64,000 bases of DNA from Leucoraja ocellata (Eukaryota), in NCBI GenBank assembly GCA_036785375.1, contig JAWMAR010001015.1, positions 310,001-374,000 of the forward strand, read 5' to 3'. Positions 1-11,841 of this stretch are shown here, in pieces. The number at the start of each line of letters is the position of its first letter. Position 1 is the stretch's first letter. A program made the translations under genes and the position numbers. The notes beneath the pieces are model-generated. The model ran no database searches. It was not told the DNA's origin and saw only the letters and a program-made list of their open reading frames with translations.

Positions 1-3000
1 AACCAGACAGCAGTACCTCTACGCGTCCACCAGGGGCGTCTACCTCATGGTACTGGTGAAAGCTCGGGGCCTGCATGCCAATCCCGTAAGCCTTTTAGGC
101 CAGGGCCCACAGCAGGCCCCATGGAAAATGCTCCACCCCCCAACAAACATCGTCCCTACAAGAACAAGGAACCAGAAACTGAAGAAAACAACAATGAAGG
201 CAGATAGGTTTGGTTCCTACTATGACATAAAGGTGAAGGGTTTGTACTAACAAGGGGTGGGTGAATCACGCCTGGTTAGGAAGCTATCACTCTTGGTAGT
301 TATATACCAAAATATATATTCAAGGGGAATAGAATTAATATCTTGCCACCAAATCAGCAAGCACCCCAAGGAGTCTACCCTCCCACGATGGTGAATGTCG
401 CACCATCATTGATTAACCACTTGAGTTAGGTATGTTACAAAACCTACCTGAATCGTCATTGGGAATCTGCCCACAGCCAGGTCCGCGATTTTGGCGCTGT
501 TTGGAGGGGGCGGGTTTAAAACGCGATTTTTACTAGGCTGTACTAATCGCAGATGTTCAGCCTAGTAAATCATTAACCAAAAATCGCTGCAAGACCCGGT
601 CGCAAAAGGTATTATTAGTTTTATAGGCCTCGATAATATAGTTCTAATAGTTTTTAAATTACTCTCTGATTCCGCAACCTCTCGCAGCCCCAGGGTTTTA
701 TAAAGCAAACAATTAAAGGTATGTACCTTATTTTTACATTAAATGGGGCATATATATAACCCTGTATATCAAGTTATCTATAGCGAGTAGTTCATTTTGG
801 GCTTTTTATATCCCGCAGTATTTTTCTCGGCATTTGAGGGCACTAATCCAGCGCGATGTCAACATTCTAAACCAGTGCGTTCACAGAAACCCACTAGAAA
901 GCCGATTTAAATGGGCATTTATTTACAGCAATTGAACACTAAATTCCTTCCATTTGGCCTATAAATTAATGTAAAAGATATAAAAATCATGTTATATTGT
1001 GAATTATTTGTGAATAATCTTTGGACACTTAGGCTATTTAAAAATGTTAATCTTTCCTTAAGAAATGGGCTTTTGACAATCCAAGATCACAGCTTTTTTG
1101 TAATGTCCATTGAAAATCAATAGGGAACAAGATGCTAATTTCCGAGTATGAAAATGGCCATAACTTTTTTAATACTTGAGATATGAAAGTGAATTTGGTG
1201 TCAAATTAAACTTATTGTTATGCTTTATCTGATGGGATAAATTGCAGACTTGATTTTTAAAATCTCAAAATTTTGTAACATTGCTACTTCAGTATTTCAC
1301 CAGGTATACCCACATGGGATTTGTAACTCCTACCATGGATCCAAGGACACTTTATGGTAGACATCGACTTTGAAGATGCATACTATTCAGTACCTTTTCA
1401 TATAAGTTTTTTGGATATACCACAATTACCTGGATGGGGTAACCATGCGAGCATTGCCATTTTCATTCGCTGCACATCTCGCGTGTGTATGTGACAAATA
1501 AACTTGATTTGAGTATTGAATTGGCATATAAGCCGAAGCTATTCCAGAATCAACCAGCCCTGACACTTAAGGAACATTCCGTCATGGCATGTCTATATAT
1601 TAATGACAGACTATCCTTGGATAAAGCTTTATTAGCTGCATTAGCTACTAACTTATTTAGCTGGCTCTGTCATATATCCAGATATTACGTTGACCATCCA
1701 CAACATTGTCTATCTGGTATTCATTAATGCTATCAGTTATGGTAACATTTAACCACCATTCAACTACGTGGCAAAGTAATTGGGATAGTAGCAGCATTAC
1801 CAGCTACTGAACATTGTCCCTTTCCTATGAGCTGAGATACTTGTGTTCAAACTATATTCCATACCTATAATATGGTGGCAAATGGACTAATCTGGAGTGT
1901 CATCATGGAATTCATCTGCATAGGAAGGATTATGGTTGTACACTTCCACCTGGTTTCAGTAACATCTTATGTGTTCTGATGTGTTACTGAGCTTGTAATA
2001 CTTAGTGCCAATACGAGTTGACTTAAACGTGTTATATATCAAATTTTACTTACTTCTAGTGAAACATTGCTCAGTAATGCACCATTCTGCATGTTCGTTT
2101 ATAAATTAACAAGTGGTGGCATATACCAAACCACTTGGGCGGAGAACATCGATATTAGGTGACAATTTATTAACAATTGGTAACGGTATGTCGTCAAACA
2201 TGTTTGACCATCAGTAACTTACCTATTCAGGTGAGCTAAATACTGTAAACAAACATTTAAACCAAAAATATTTGCTGAAAGTAATAAGCAATATGGACAC
2301 CAGATATCGATTTCCTTATATTCAATTAAATCGCCACGTACTAACGTACGTCGCATGAAACCAATCTCAAGCCAGCGGCGATGGATTCATCCCCGCGTAT
2401 TGGGGGGGAATCTAATCTCTATGTTCTCCCTTCCTTCTACCTCTTCAATAGGTACTACGGCTTCATCAGTCGGGTACTACGCAAATTACAGTGGACTAAG
2501 TCCACAGGCATGGTTCCCAGCGATCCTCGACATGGTCATTAAAAGAATTGCAGAATTGGGAAGACCACTGCTTTGTTTGGATCAGACAGCACTATCAACA
2601 TGATGACAGCACTCCGTCGCATATCCACTAGGGAACATACCTGACGAACATCAAGAAATGGGAAACTGTTCAAAAACAGAAACTACACATTCAACTACAA
2701 CAAAAACCTGTACTGGAGTTCCTGGCAGGTCTCCACCACAATGAAGGAAATGTTCTGTCAGCCTGCTCAAGTTGGGCACCACGACAACAGGGCAAAGGGT
2801 ACCGCTCACTGGTGATCAGATACAGGAGAGGTATATACATACATTCCCCTGAAATAGGTACACCCAAATTGGGATGTCAGTGAAGTCCTGACATACCTTA
2901 GGGGATGATCACCAGCCAGGTCCCTCACCCTGGAACAGCCTACCCTGAAGATGGACATGCTGGAGGCCTTACATCAACACAAAGAGCCAGTTCTTCCATC

Positions 3001-3952
3001 TACTGCGATTGGACAACATGGTTATAACACCAGATAGTGTTACGTTTCCCATTCAAGGGCTGGCCAAACAGAACAGACTAGGAACATCAGGTCCAGACAT
3101 GGAATTCCGGGCATACCCACCTGAACCACGTTTTATGTGTCATGACCCACTTAGAGATCTACATCGACACAATAAGCAATACCGAGGGAGAGGAAAAAGC
3201 CTTATGGGTCAGCCACAATAAACCTCATGGTCAGGTGATGAGCTAAACTATCTCTAGTGGCTCAAGCAGGTACTGGGAGTTGCTGGAGTAAATACTAACG
3301 TGTATAAATCTTATTCTACCAGGACAGCTTCCACGTCAGTGACTAAGAGGATGGACGAGCCTATGGACCACATCCTGGCTACAGCGGGGTGGTCTAGGGA
3401 GTATACGTTCCAAACTTTTAATACAAACCACTGACAGAACCTGTGTCGGTTGCAGAAAAGAATCTGCAAAACATATGTAATTTAAGCCAGGGGAGCATTT
3501 GGTCTTGTTATTGTTAATAACACCATTATTATTTTTACAAACAGATTCATCATTGATTACGATAACATACTTCCTCCCTCGAATGACTTCGGCAGCGAGT
3601 GAAGTATGAAATGTTACATGGTTTGATATCACAGAGCTTTAAAATCTTCACGCAGTCACTCACGTGACTCCGAAGTAAAATAGTAAGATTAAACGAGAAC
3701 TTACGATGAGTTACGATGAGGGATTACGTGCCCTCCGCTCTCACCCTCAAATAATATGGGTCAAACTGATAACTGAGGTCTTTTCTTTACTATGTTCATT
3801 TCTATAACTGGGTCTTTCTGTGATTCCACACCGCTGCTTTGAAGTATGCCGCGCATGCGTGCTGAGCGGGTTCTTCACGTAATCCCTCATCGTAACTCCT
3901 CATAAAATACAGATCAAACTTCAAACTGGTAAGTTCTCGTTTAATCTTACTA
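1..3952 (+). mobile_element. Degenerate DIRS1-type tyrosine-recombinase retrotransposon (left end outside window)
   Basis: ORF 3009-3221 (GLAKQNRLG...EFRAYPPEPR) and downstream KSYSTRTAST resemble DIRS YR motifs. Inverted segments 3681-3704/3929-3952 and about 3705-3730/3876-3903 fit a DIRS ICR and right ITR. Confidence 0.8.
427..1286. mobile_element. Non-autonomous TIR DNA transposon inserted in the DIRS element
   Basis: 16-bp TIRs TAGGTATGTTACAAAA (427-442) and TTTTGTAACATTGCTA (1271-1286), 2 mismatches; flanking CTTGAGT / CTTCAGT near-duplication; AT-rich non-coding interior. Confidence 0.65.
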
Positions 3953-4221
3953 TTATTTGTTATTTGCACGATTTGTTATTTATTGAAGTGTTTTTTCACT
4001 TCCCCCGTTATGCACTATGTTTACATATTCACATATTCTGTTGTGCTGCAGCAAGTAAGAATTTCCTTGTCCCGTGTGGTACATATGACAATAAAACACT
4101 CTTGACTCTTCTTGACTCACTCACACACTGCAACACTTGTCCTTCAGTGCTAAACTTGCCTGGTCCTTATTTTGTGATGGGGTAAAAGATGTGATGATTA
4201 GAGTGAATCCCAGCACCGTAC

Positions 4222-4539
4222 CTTGAAAGCTTTTCACTTCCCGGCTGATACTGGTGTTCGAGGGGGGATGAGACACTGTACAGCCGAAGACTGAGCCTTT
4301 CTTCCAATCCTCTGAACTCACATTCAGGAAGTGGCTGGCACTGAAAGTCCCCCCCTGCTCCAGAGCAGTCGGTGTAGCGCTGGTAGTGGAGGAGATTGGG
4401 GCTCCGTCTTTCTCCCAAGTGACGTTAATGAGGTCCGGGTAGAAACCAGAGAGCACACACTCGAGGATGGCTGTGTGGCTGCGCTTGGTCTCTTGGTGAG
4501 CTGGAGGCAGCAGTCTGACCTTGGGTCTTTTTGTTTCAA
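4222..4539 (-). CDS. IgW: IgW CH4-like constant exon, downstream copy B (intact)
   Basis: 318-nt phase-1/phase-1 exon, ttccag acceptor and G|GTACGG donor; C1-set domain VETKRPKVRLLPP...LECVLSGFYPDLINVTW...FGCTVSHPPSNT; paralogous to 23689-24006. Confidence 0.9.
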
Positions 4540-4581
4540 CTGGAACAGAGGAGCAAAGTAGATGTGAGTCCCTCTTCCTCA

Positions 4582-4926
4582 AGGGCCTGCCCACTTACAC
4601 AACTTTTTTGGCGACTGCCGGCACCCGTCATAGGTCGTTACAGGTCGCCGAAAATTTGAAACAGGTCATGTTGAAAATCCAGCGGTGACCAGCACAAGGT
4701 ACGACTCTTTGGGCGACTACACACGACGATGCAGGCTTCACACCACGACATATCGCCAGGGTGTCACTTGTATGGTCGTGAGTAGTCTCCTCAGTCGCCC
4801 AAAGAGTCGTAGCATCTTTCTGGTCACCACTGGATTTTCAACATGTTGAAACTTTTTGGCGACCTACAACGACCTACGACGGGTGTCGGCCGTCACCGAA
4901 AAAGTTGCGTAAGTGGGAAAGGCCCT
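4582..4926. mobile_element. PIF/Harbinger-type MITE in CH3-CH4 intron of copy B
   Basis: TIRs AGGGCCTG(T)CCCACTTA / TAAGTGGGAAAGGCCCT, 3-bp TSD TCA, largely palindromic interior. Confidence 0.8.
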
Positions 4927-4972
4927 TCATGGTAACTAATGTTGGCCGTATCATTGTCGATCTCTCGCCCAC

Positions 4973-5275
4973 CTTTGGCACTTTCTGTCCGTGCTGACAC
5001 TGGTGAGGATGATGGAGATCGTTGGGCAGAGCACACAACCTCCACCCCGCTGGTCCACTCCTCCACACTGCTCCGGAGTTTACTGCTCACTCTGTCTTGG
5101 GTACTTTCCCCTCTCGGTTGGTGGGTCACAGCCCCTGTAGTTCTCTCCCTTCCGCTCACTTGCCAGTAGACTTGGACCTGGCTCAGATCAGCGCCCATTA
5201 CCACGCACACCACAGTAGCGGTCTTGTTGATCCAAATCTCTTCAGTAGAGGGGTTTTGGATAAAGACAGACAATT
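4973..5275 (-). CDS. IgW: IgW CH3-like constant exon, downstream copy B (intact)
   Basis: 303-nt phase-1/phase-1 exon, ctgcag acceptor and G|GTGGGC donor; LSVFIQNPSTEEIWINKTATVVC...W...EEWTSGVEVVC; paralogous to 24551-24853. Confidence 0.9.
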
Positions 5276-5399
5276 CTGCAGATGAGAAATAGGAAGCTTA
5301 CAAACCGGACAAGGTCTGGTGTTGTCGTCACCGATCAACTGGACTCTGACAACTTGCATTCATTTTCCAGACTCACTTTATTGACGTGTGCATAAGGAA

Positions 5400-6150
5400 C
5401 AACCTCTCTCTCAATGTCTGCTAAACTAAAGAGCTGATCATGGACTACAGGAGACAGCAGGGGAGTGGACACCTCCCCATCCATATCGGTGATGTTGACA
5501 TTGAAAGGGTCAGCAGTTTCAAGTTCCTCAGTGTGTACATCAGTGAGGACCTCTCTTGGACACTGCACACGGACACAATAACTAAGAAAGCCCGCCAGCG
5601 GCTCTTTCTCCTGAGAATACTGAGGTAGTTTGGCATGAATGCCAGCATCCTCACAAACTTCCACAGATGCACCATCGAGAGCCTGCTGACGGGTTGCATC
5701 ACAGTCTGGTACGGGAACTGTTCTGCCCACAGCCGCAAATCACTACAGAGAGTGGAGAAGGCGGCACAGTACATCACTGGCAACTGTCTCCTGGCCATTC
5801 AGGACATTTTCCACTGGAGAGTGGTGCCTGCTGCACAGCATCGTCAAGGACCACAGCCACCCAGCACACAGACTGTTCTCCTTGTTACCGTCAGGCAGAT
5901 GATACAGGGGCATGGCTGCAAGTACCACCTGACTTAAGAGCAGATTTTACAAACAGGCCATCAGGCTAAATACTATATTATTATTTGGTATTTACACTAT
6001 GTTTGTTATTTATTGAAATGTTTCTTTTTTTCCCTTCCCCCGTTATGCACTATGTTTATATATTCACATATTCTGTTGTGCTGCAGCAAGTAAGAATTTT
6101 ATTGTCCCGTCCGGGATATATGACAATAAAACACTTTTGATTCTTCTTGA
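5400..6150 (+). mobile_element. Rex1/Babar-type LINE 3' fragment
   Basis: IERVSSFKFL..ISEDLSWT.HTD.ITKKARQRLFLLR and FHRCTIESLLTGCITVWYG match the C-terminus of ORF 39727-42057; 3' tail with CTTGA repeats. The same tail recurs at about 3953-4118. Confidence 0.85.
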
Positions 6151-6282
6151 CCCTAGTCTAGGCTTTGTGGTCATCCCTCACTCACACACTGCAACACTTG
6201 TCCTTCAGTGCTAAACTTGTCTGGACCCTATTTTGTGACGGGGTAAAAGATCTGATGATTAGAGTGAATCCCAGCACCGTAC

Positions 6283-6601
6283 CTTGAAAGCTTTTCACTT
6301 CCCGGCTGATACTGGTGTTCGAGGGGGGATGAGACACTATACAGCCGAAGACTGAGCCTTTCTTCCAATCATCTGAACTCACATTCAGGAAGTGGCTGGC
6401 ACTGAAAGTCCCCCCCCTGCTCCAGAGCAGTCGGTGTAGCACTGGTGGTGGAGGAGACTGGGGCTCCGTCTTTCTCCCAAGTGACGTTTATGAGGTCCGG
6501 GTAGAAACCAGAGAGCACACACTCGAGGATGGCTGTGTGGCTGCGCTTGGTCTCTTGGTGAGCTGGAGGCAGCAGTCTGACCTTGGGTCTTTTTGTTTCA
6601 A
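6283..6601 (-). pseudogene. IgW: IgW CH4-like exon, downstream copy A, +1 frameshift
   Basis: 319 nt versus 318 in copy B; G8 run (C8 at 6410-6417) instead of G7; ORF track splits the domain across two frames. Confidence 0.85.
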
Positions 6602-6643
6602 CTGGAACAGAGGAGCAAAGTAGATGTGAAACCCTCTTCCTCA

Positions 6644-6992
6644 AGGGCCTGTCCCACTTACACAACTTTTTTGGCGACTGCCGGCACCCGTGATAGCTCG
6701 TTACAGGTCGCCGAAAAATGTAAACATGTTGAAAATCCAGCGGTGACCAGCACAAGGTATGACTATTTGACTCAAGGTATGACTACTCACGACCATACTG
6801 GCTTCACCCCGCGACATGTCACCAGGTTGTCGCCTGCATGGGCGTGAGTAGCCTCCTCAGTCGCCCAAAGAGTCGTAAAGTCTTTCAGGTTGCCACTGAA
6901 TTTTCAAAATGTTGAAACTTTTTGGCGACCTACAATGACCTATGACGGGTGCCGGCCGTCACCGAAAAAGTTGCGTAAGTGGGAAAGGCCCT
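6644..6992. mobile_element. PIF/Harbinger-type MITE in CH3-CH4 intron of copy A
   Basis: Same TIRs, same TCA TSD and same insertion site as 4582-4926. Confidence 0.8.
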
Positions 6993-7038
6993 TCATGGTA
7001 ACTAATGTTGGCCGTATCATTGCCGATATCTCGCCCAA

Positions 7039-7341
7039 CTTTGGCACTTTCTGTCCGTGCTGACACTGGTGAGGATGATGGAGATCGTTGGGCAGAGCAC
7101 ACAACCTCCACCCCGCTGGTCCACTCCTCCACACTGCTCCGGAGTTTACTGCTCACTCTGTCTTGGGTCCTTTCCACTCTCGGTTGGTGGGTCACAGCCC
7201 CTGTAGTTCTCTCCCTTCCGCTCACTTGCCAGTAGACTTGGACCTGGCTCAGATCAGCGCCCATTACCACGCACACCACAGTAGCGGTCTTGTTGATCCA
7301 AATCTCTTCAGTGGAGGGGTTTTGGATAAAGACAGACAATT
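7039..7341 (-). pseudogene. IgW: IgW CH3-like exon, downstream copy A, splice donor mutated
   Basis: Open 303-nt exon about 99% identical to 4973-5275, but the donor reads G|TTGGGC instead of G|GTGGGC. Confidence 0.85.
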
Positions 7342-7613
7342 CTGCAGATGAGAAATAGGAAGCTTACAAACCGGACAAGGTCTGGTGTTGTCGTCACCGA
7401 TCAACTGGACTCTGACGACTTGCATTCATTTTCCAGACTCACTTTATTGACGTGTGCATAAGGAGAGCAGCACAGTCCCACTTACCTGCTGCTCTGAAAT
7501 TCCATTCAGCATTTATACATAGTTTGACCCTTGAAATTATGCGCACACTCTAATTTCTTATAATTGAACACAATACATTTTCCACAACACTTATACAAAT
7601 ACATTAACACTAA

Positions 7614-10366
7614 TGGCCCTGTCTCACGGTGTGAGTCCACCTACGAGTGATCCCGAGTGAAAGAAAAAATCAAACTCGTGGTTGTCTACGAGATTCCAAG
7701 TTTATTTTCACGAGTTTAAACGCGTTCCCACGTGTATGTCTAAGTTTGCCATTTACTTCTCATTTCTGCGATGTACCAAGTTACTTTCCTGAGTTACCAA
7801 GCTCCTCTCCAGAGTTACTCTTGAGCCAACAACGACTACCGACATGTGGAAAAATCATCACATGGTAAAAATGATGTCATGCAGTTTTTTTTCACTATAA
7901 AAAGACCCAGCCTGAAGAACGATCTCGACCCGAAACATCACCTATTTCTTTTCTCCACAGATGCTGCCTGACCAGTTGAGTTAGTCCATCATTTTGTGTC
8001 TATCTTTGGTTTAAACTGGTATCTGCAATTCCTTCCTTCAAACTTTTAGAGCAGTTTGTTTCAAGAAACAATCCTTCCAAAATTGCTTTCAAAAGTCCAC
8101 TTGAACAGCATTTGTCATTGAAAGGCAGAGGCTGTTTTGTGTCGGGAGGAACTGCAGATGCTGGTTTACACTGAAGATAGATACAAAAAGCTGGAGTAAC
8201 TCAGCGGGACATGCAGCATTTCTGGAGAGAAGGAATGGGTGACGTTTCTGGTCGAGTCCCTTCTTCAGACTGAAAAAACCTTTCGATCCTTCTCTCCACA
8301 GATGCTGCCGGCTTGGCTGAGTTACTGCAGATTTTTGTGTCTAGTAAGATTATTTTATTCCCTTAATTTATCTCTCATCAAAACGTTGGTAAACTTCTAA
8401 CAAAAAGAGTAGGTAAATTGAACTTTAACGTTATTTTTTCTCCCAACAGCAAGGTCCGTAGACCAGACGGATAGCAGTGTGTGTCTCTCTACTCACCCAG
8501 TATGTCCGTCAGAACAGGGATCCCACCATTGTGACTTAAACTGTATAAAAAGCAGCGGCTCACAACATTGCTGATTGGGCAGATCTGCTCAGAAACCACC
8601 CCTTTCACACTCACCCCAGCCCTGGGAAGTAACATTTTCAGAGCTCTACAGTCACCCAAGCCCGCCAGCGAACCGCTGAATGAAACACAAAGCTCAGATG
8701 TGCTCTTCAGCAGTGGCATCCCAGAGTTTCCCAGCGCCTGGCCCAAGTTGCAATTTACACTCAGGTAAACTGATTTTTTATTTAAAACCCAAATACAATT
8801 GGACCTTAATTGTAAATATGAGAATGTTTTCCTATATTGTACGGTAGACTATCATCCAGTGTAGACACCATCATTTATTGGAAAAATATGAATATACAAA
8901 AACAGGGGTTAGTTAAAAATTCGAGTCATATCCCATCTACAGCTCACGTTCTCTTGCTGTGTTTCTAAGAAAGGTCATTAAGGACTTATGTTATGTGTTT
9001 TTGTTGGACTGAAACCACCCCATTTACAACATAAAGCTGTGGGTAACTTTTTAGTAGAATACTTGTGATGTAAAGAACCAGAAATTAATTTATTTTACAT
9101 AACACACAAAAATAACTCTGGTCTTAATTACCAATGCAGCTTGTGAACTTATTTGCGGGTGCGGCAGCATCTATGGAGCGAAGGAAATAGGCAACGTTTC
9201 AGGCCAAATCCCTTTTTCAGACTGAAGAAGTGTTTCAGCCCGAAACGTTGCCTATTTCCTTCACTCCATAGATGCTGCTGCACCCACTGAGTTTCTCCAG
9301 CGCTTTTGTCTACCTTTGATTTTCCATCATCTGCAGTTCCTACTTGAACTTATTTTGTGAACTTCCCCACTGAATGCTTCCTATCTTTTGCAAGCATATT
9401 GCACGGGTTAGTACAAATACAGTTAAAACTCTGAATAACAACATGCCATGAAGGAGCTTCCAAAGATTCATTTATCAAGAAGCTAGAGTAACTAAGCACG
9501 ACAGACGGCATCTCTGGAGAGAAGGAATAGGTGATGTTTCGGGTCGAGACCCTTCTTCGATTTTAAACCTGCATCTGCAGTTCCTCCCCATTTATAATTT
9601 TGACATTTATAAAATTCCCATTTATAAAATTATAAAATAAAATCCCATTTACAACATTGTTTTGAGCAATTGTTCCCTAACGTGGACAGACTGGGTGGAA
9701 AGTGATGCCTGACAAAAATCCCCTGTATAACGCATCAGTCTTCAATAACTGATGTTAAAGTGTCGGATATAAATCCTGAGATCGGACACCTGTCCCATAT
9801 ATCTGCTTCTCCATAAAAAGTGCATTAACCCAACAGGGATTCATGGCACCGTTTCAATGTGAAAAGGTAAAGTTCTGAAGGGAACTAATTCACTCTCACA
9901 ATGCAGCTTTCCCAACACTGTGTGGTTCATTCTTTTTACCACTGTTTCTCAGATCACCGGTGAGTGCTTTTTGCTCCTTAACAGTGAATTATTAGATCAC
10001 TGTAAAATGTTCCATTAAGATCTGACTAATCTTCAACATTTCACTTTTGGCACTCAGGCCAAACCCACGAGTTACTCACGAGTCACTACAGTAAACTCAC
10101 GGGCTACTACGGTATTACAAGGAGTTTAAAAGTTTCACATTTTTCCTTCAAGAGTAAATTTGACTCATGGAAATCTTTCAAAATGTTGAACATTTTTCAC
10201 GAGTTAACAAGTTTCCCGAGTACCTGCCGTTAGCGTTACGAGTCGCTAAGTTACGTCCACGAGTTCCCACGTTCCCGCTACATTAATTCTACGTGATTAC
10301 CACGAGTTTGATTTGTTTTTAACTCGGGATCACTCGTGGGTGGACTCGCACCATGGGACAGGGGTT
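7614..10366. mobile_element. Non-autonomous PIF/Harbinger-type element (about 2.75 kb) with secondary insertions
   Basis: Long imperfect TIRs (TGGCCCTGTCTCACGGTGTGAGTCCACCTACGAGTGATCCCGAGT at 7614 and its complement ending 10366), TAA TSD on both sides. Confidence 0.75.
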
Positions 10367-10409
10367 TAACACAAATAAAAATACATGCTGTTCAATTCTT
10401 TATTGGTAT

Positions 10410-10950
10410 TTAATTTTAGTGCACCATAGAAAGCATTTTATCAGGATGCATCACAGCATGGTTTGGAAACAGCTCCATCCATGAAATGGCAGCGAATTGT
10501 GGTTGCAGCCCAGATCATCACACAAACCAACCTCCCTTCCACTGACTCCATTTACATCTCATGCTGCCTCGGCAAGGCCAGCAGCATAATCAAGGACCTG
10601 TTGCACCCTGGCCACTCTCTCTTCTCCCCTCTCCCATCAGGAAAATAGGTATTGAAGTGTGAAAACACACACCTCCAGATTCAGGGACAGTTTCTTCCCA
10701 GCTGCTATCAAACAACTGAACCATCCCCTCACCAACTAGATCGCAATCCTGAGATATCATCTACCGCACTGGAGACCCTCGCACTATGTTTAATCGGACA
10801 TTACCTTGCACAAAACATTCTTCCATTTATCATGTATCTGTAGACTGTGGATGGCTTGATTGTAATTATATAGTCTTTCTGTGACTGGTTAGCACGCAAC
10901 AAAAAGCATTTTCACTGTACCTCAGTCTACGTGACAATAAACTAAACCAA
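10410..10950 (+). mobile_element. Rex1-related LINE 3' fragment
   Basis: TIESILSGCITAWFG...ASSIIKDLLHPGHSLFSPLPSGK remnant; CTAAA-type tail. Confidence 0.7.
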
Positions 10951-11841
10951 ACCAAACATCCCTCAGCCCACACATTAGGCATTGCATCCCCCACCATAGA
11001 CCTTCCACCATCGACACTTCACGCTGCCTCAGGAAAGCAGCCAACATCATCAAGGAACCTTCACATCCCAGTCATTGTCTCTACTCCCCTCTCCAGAAGA
11101 TACAAGAAGCTTGAAAGCACATAGCAGCAAATTCAAGGACAGATTTACTTTAAGCACCGACAGGCAGATGCTTAATTGTAACATTGGAATAGAAGAGTTA
11201 CCAATGATGAGTTGTCTCTTTTATTCAACATCATCCGTGCACACCCACTGAGGACAGAGACTCCTCAAACAACCATCCCCCTTGTTGGACACAGATGTCA
11301 TGTGTGGCTCAGTGGTGAGCAATGTCACCTCATGAAAGCTGCTGTCTTTGGGATGAGGCTTTAAGGAGGTGCTTCTCAGGTATATGTCAGCAATGCCACA
11401 ACATGACCACAAGAGTTCTGCTCAGAGTCCTTTTATTTTTATTTTTTTTATTTATTTTTTTTTTATTAGAAGTACGGTAAATTACAATCCTACACAACAC
11501 ATATATCTTAATACATTTTTTGTACCGCTTCATTTTTTTTTTGAGCTTTAAGAAAAAGGTAGAAGTAAGGAAAGTAAAGAAAGTGCAAGAGATTCGTGAA
11601 GTGCAAGAGTGTTGGGAAAAGAAAGCTCCTTAGGAAAGAAGTTAGAGAAGGAAGTAAATTGAGAAAATAGACCCTAGAAAAGAAAGAAAGAGTAAATAGA
11701 AACAATCGCTCTATTATAACATTAAACTCCGCAGAAAGGGGACTACCAACCAAGTCTGTTTTTGTTGTTTTACCTCCCGTTACCAGGTCCTGATACCACT
11801 TATTTATATATTTGTTTTTTTTTTTAAATTACTATTGCACC

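Noticed and set aside
8489-8746. Minus-strand ORF ending at a strong G|GTGAGT donor (8497) with a CCAAT box
   Set aside because: Not Ig-like, the nearby ATG hits a stop, and it lies inside a Harbinger-type element.
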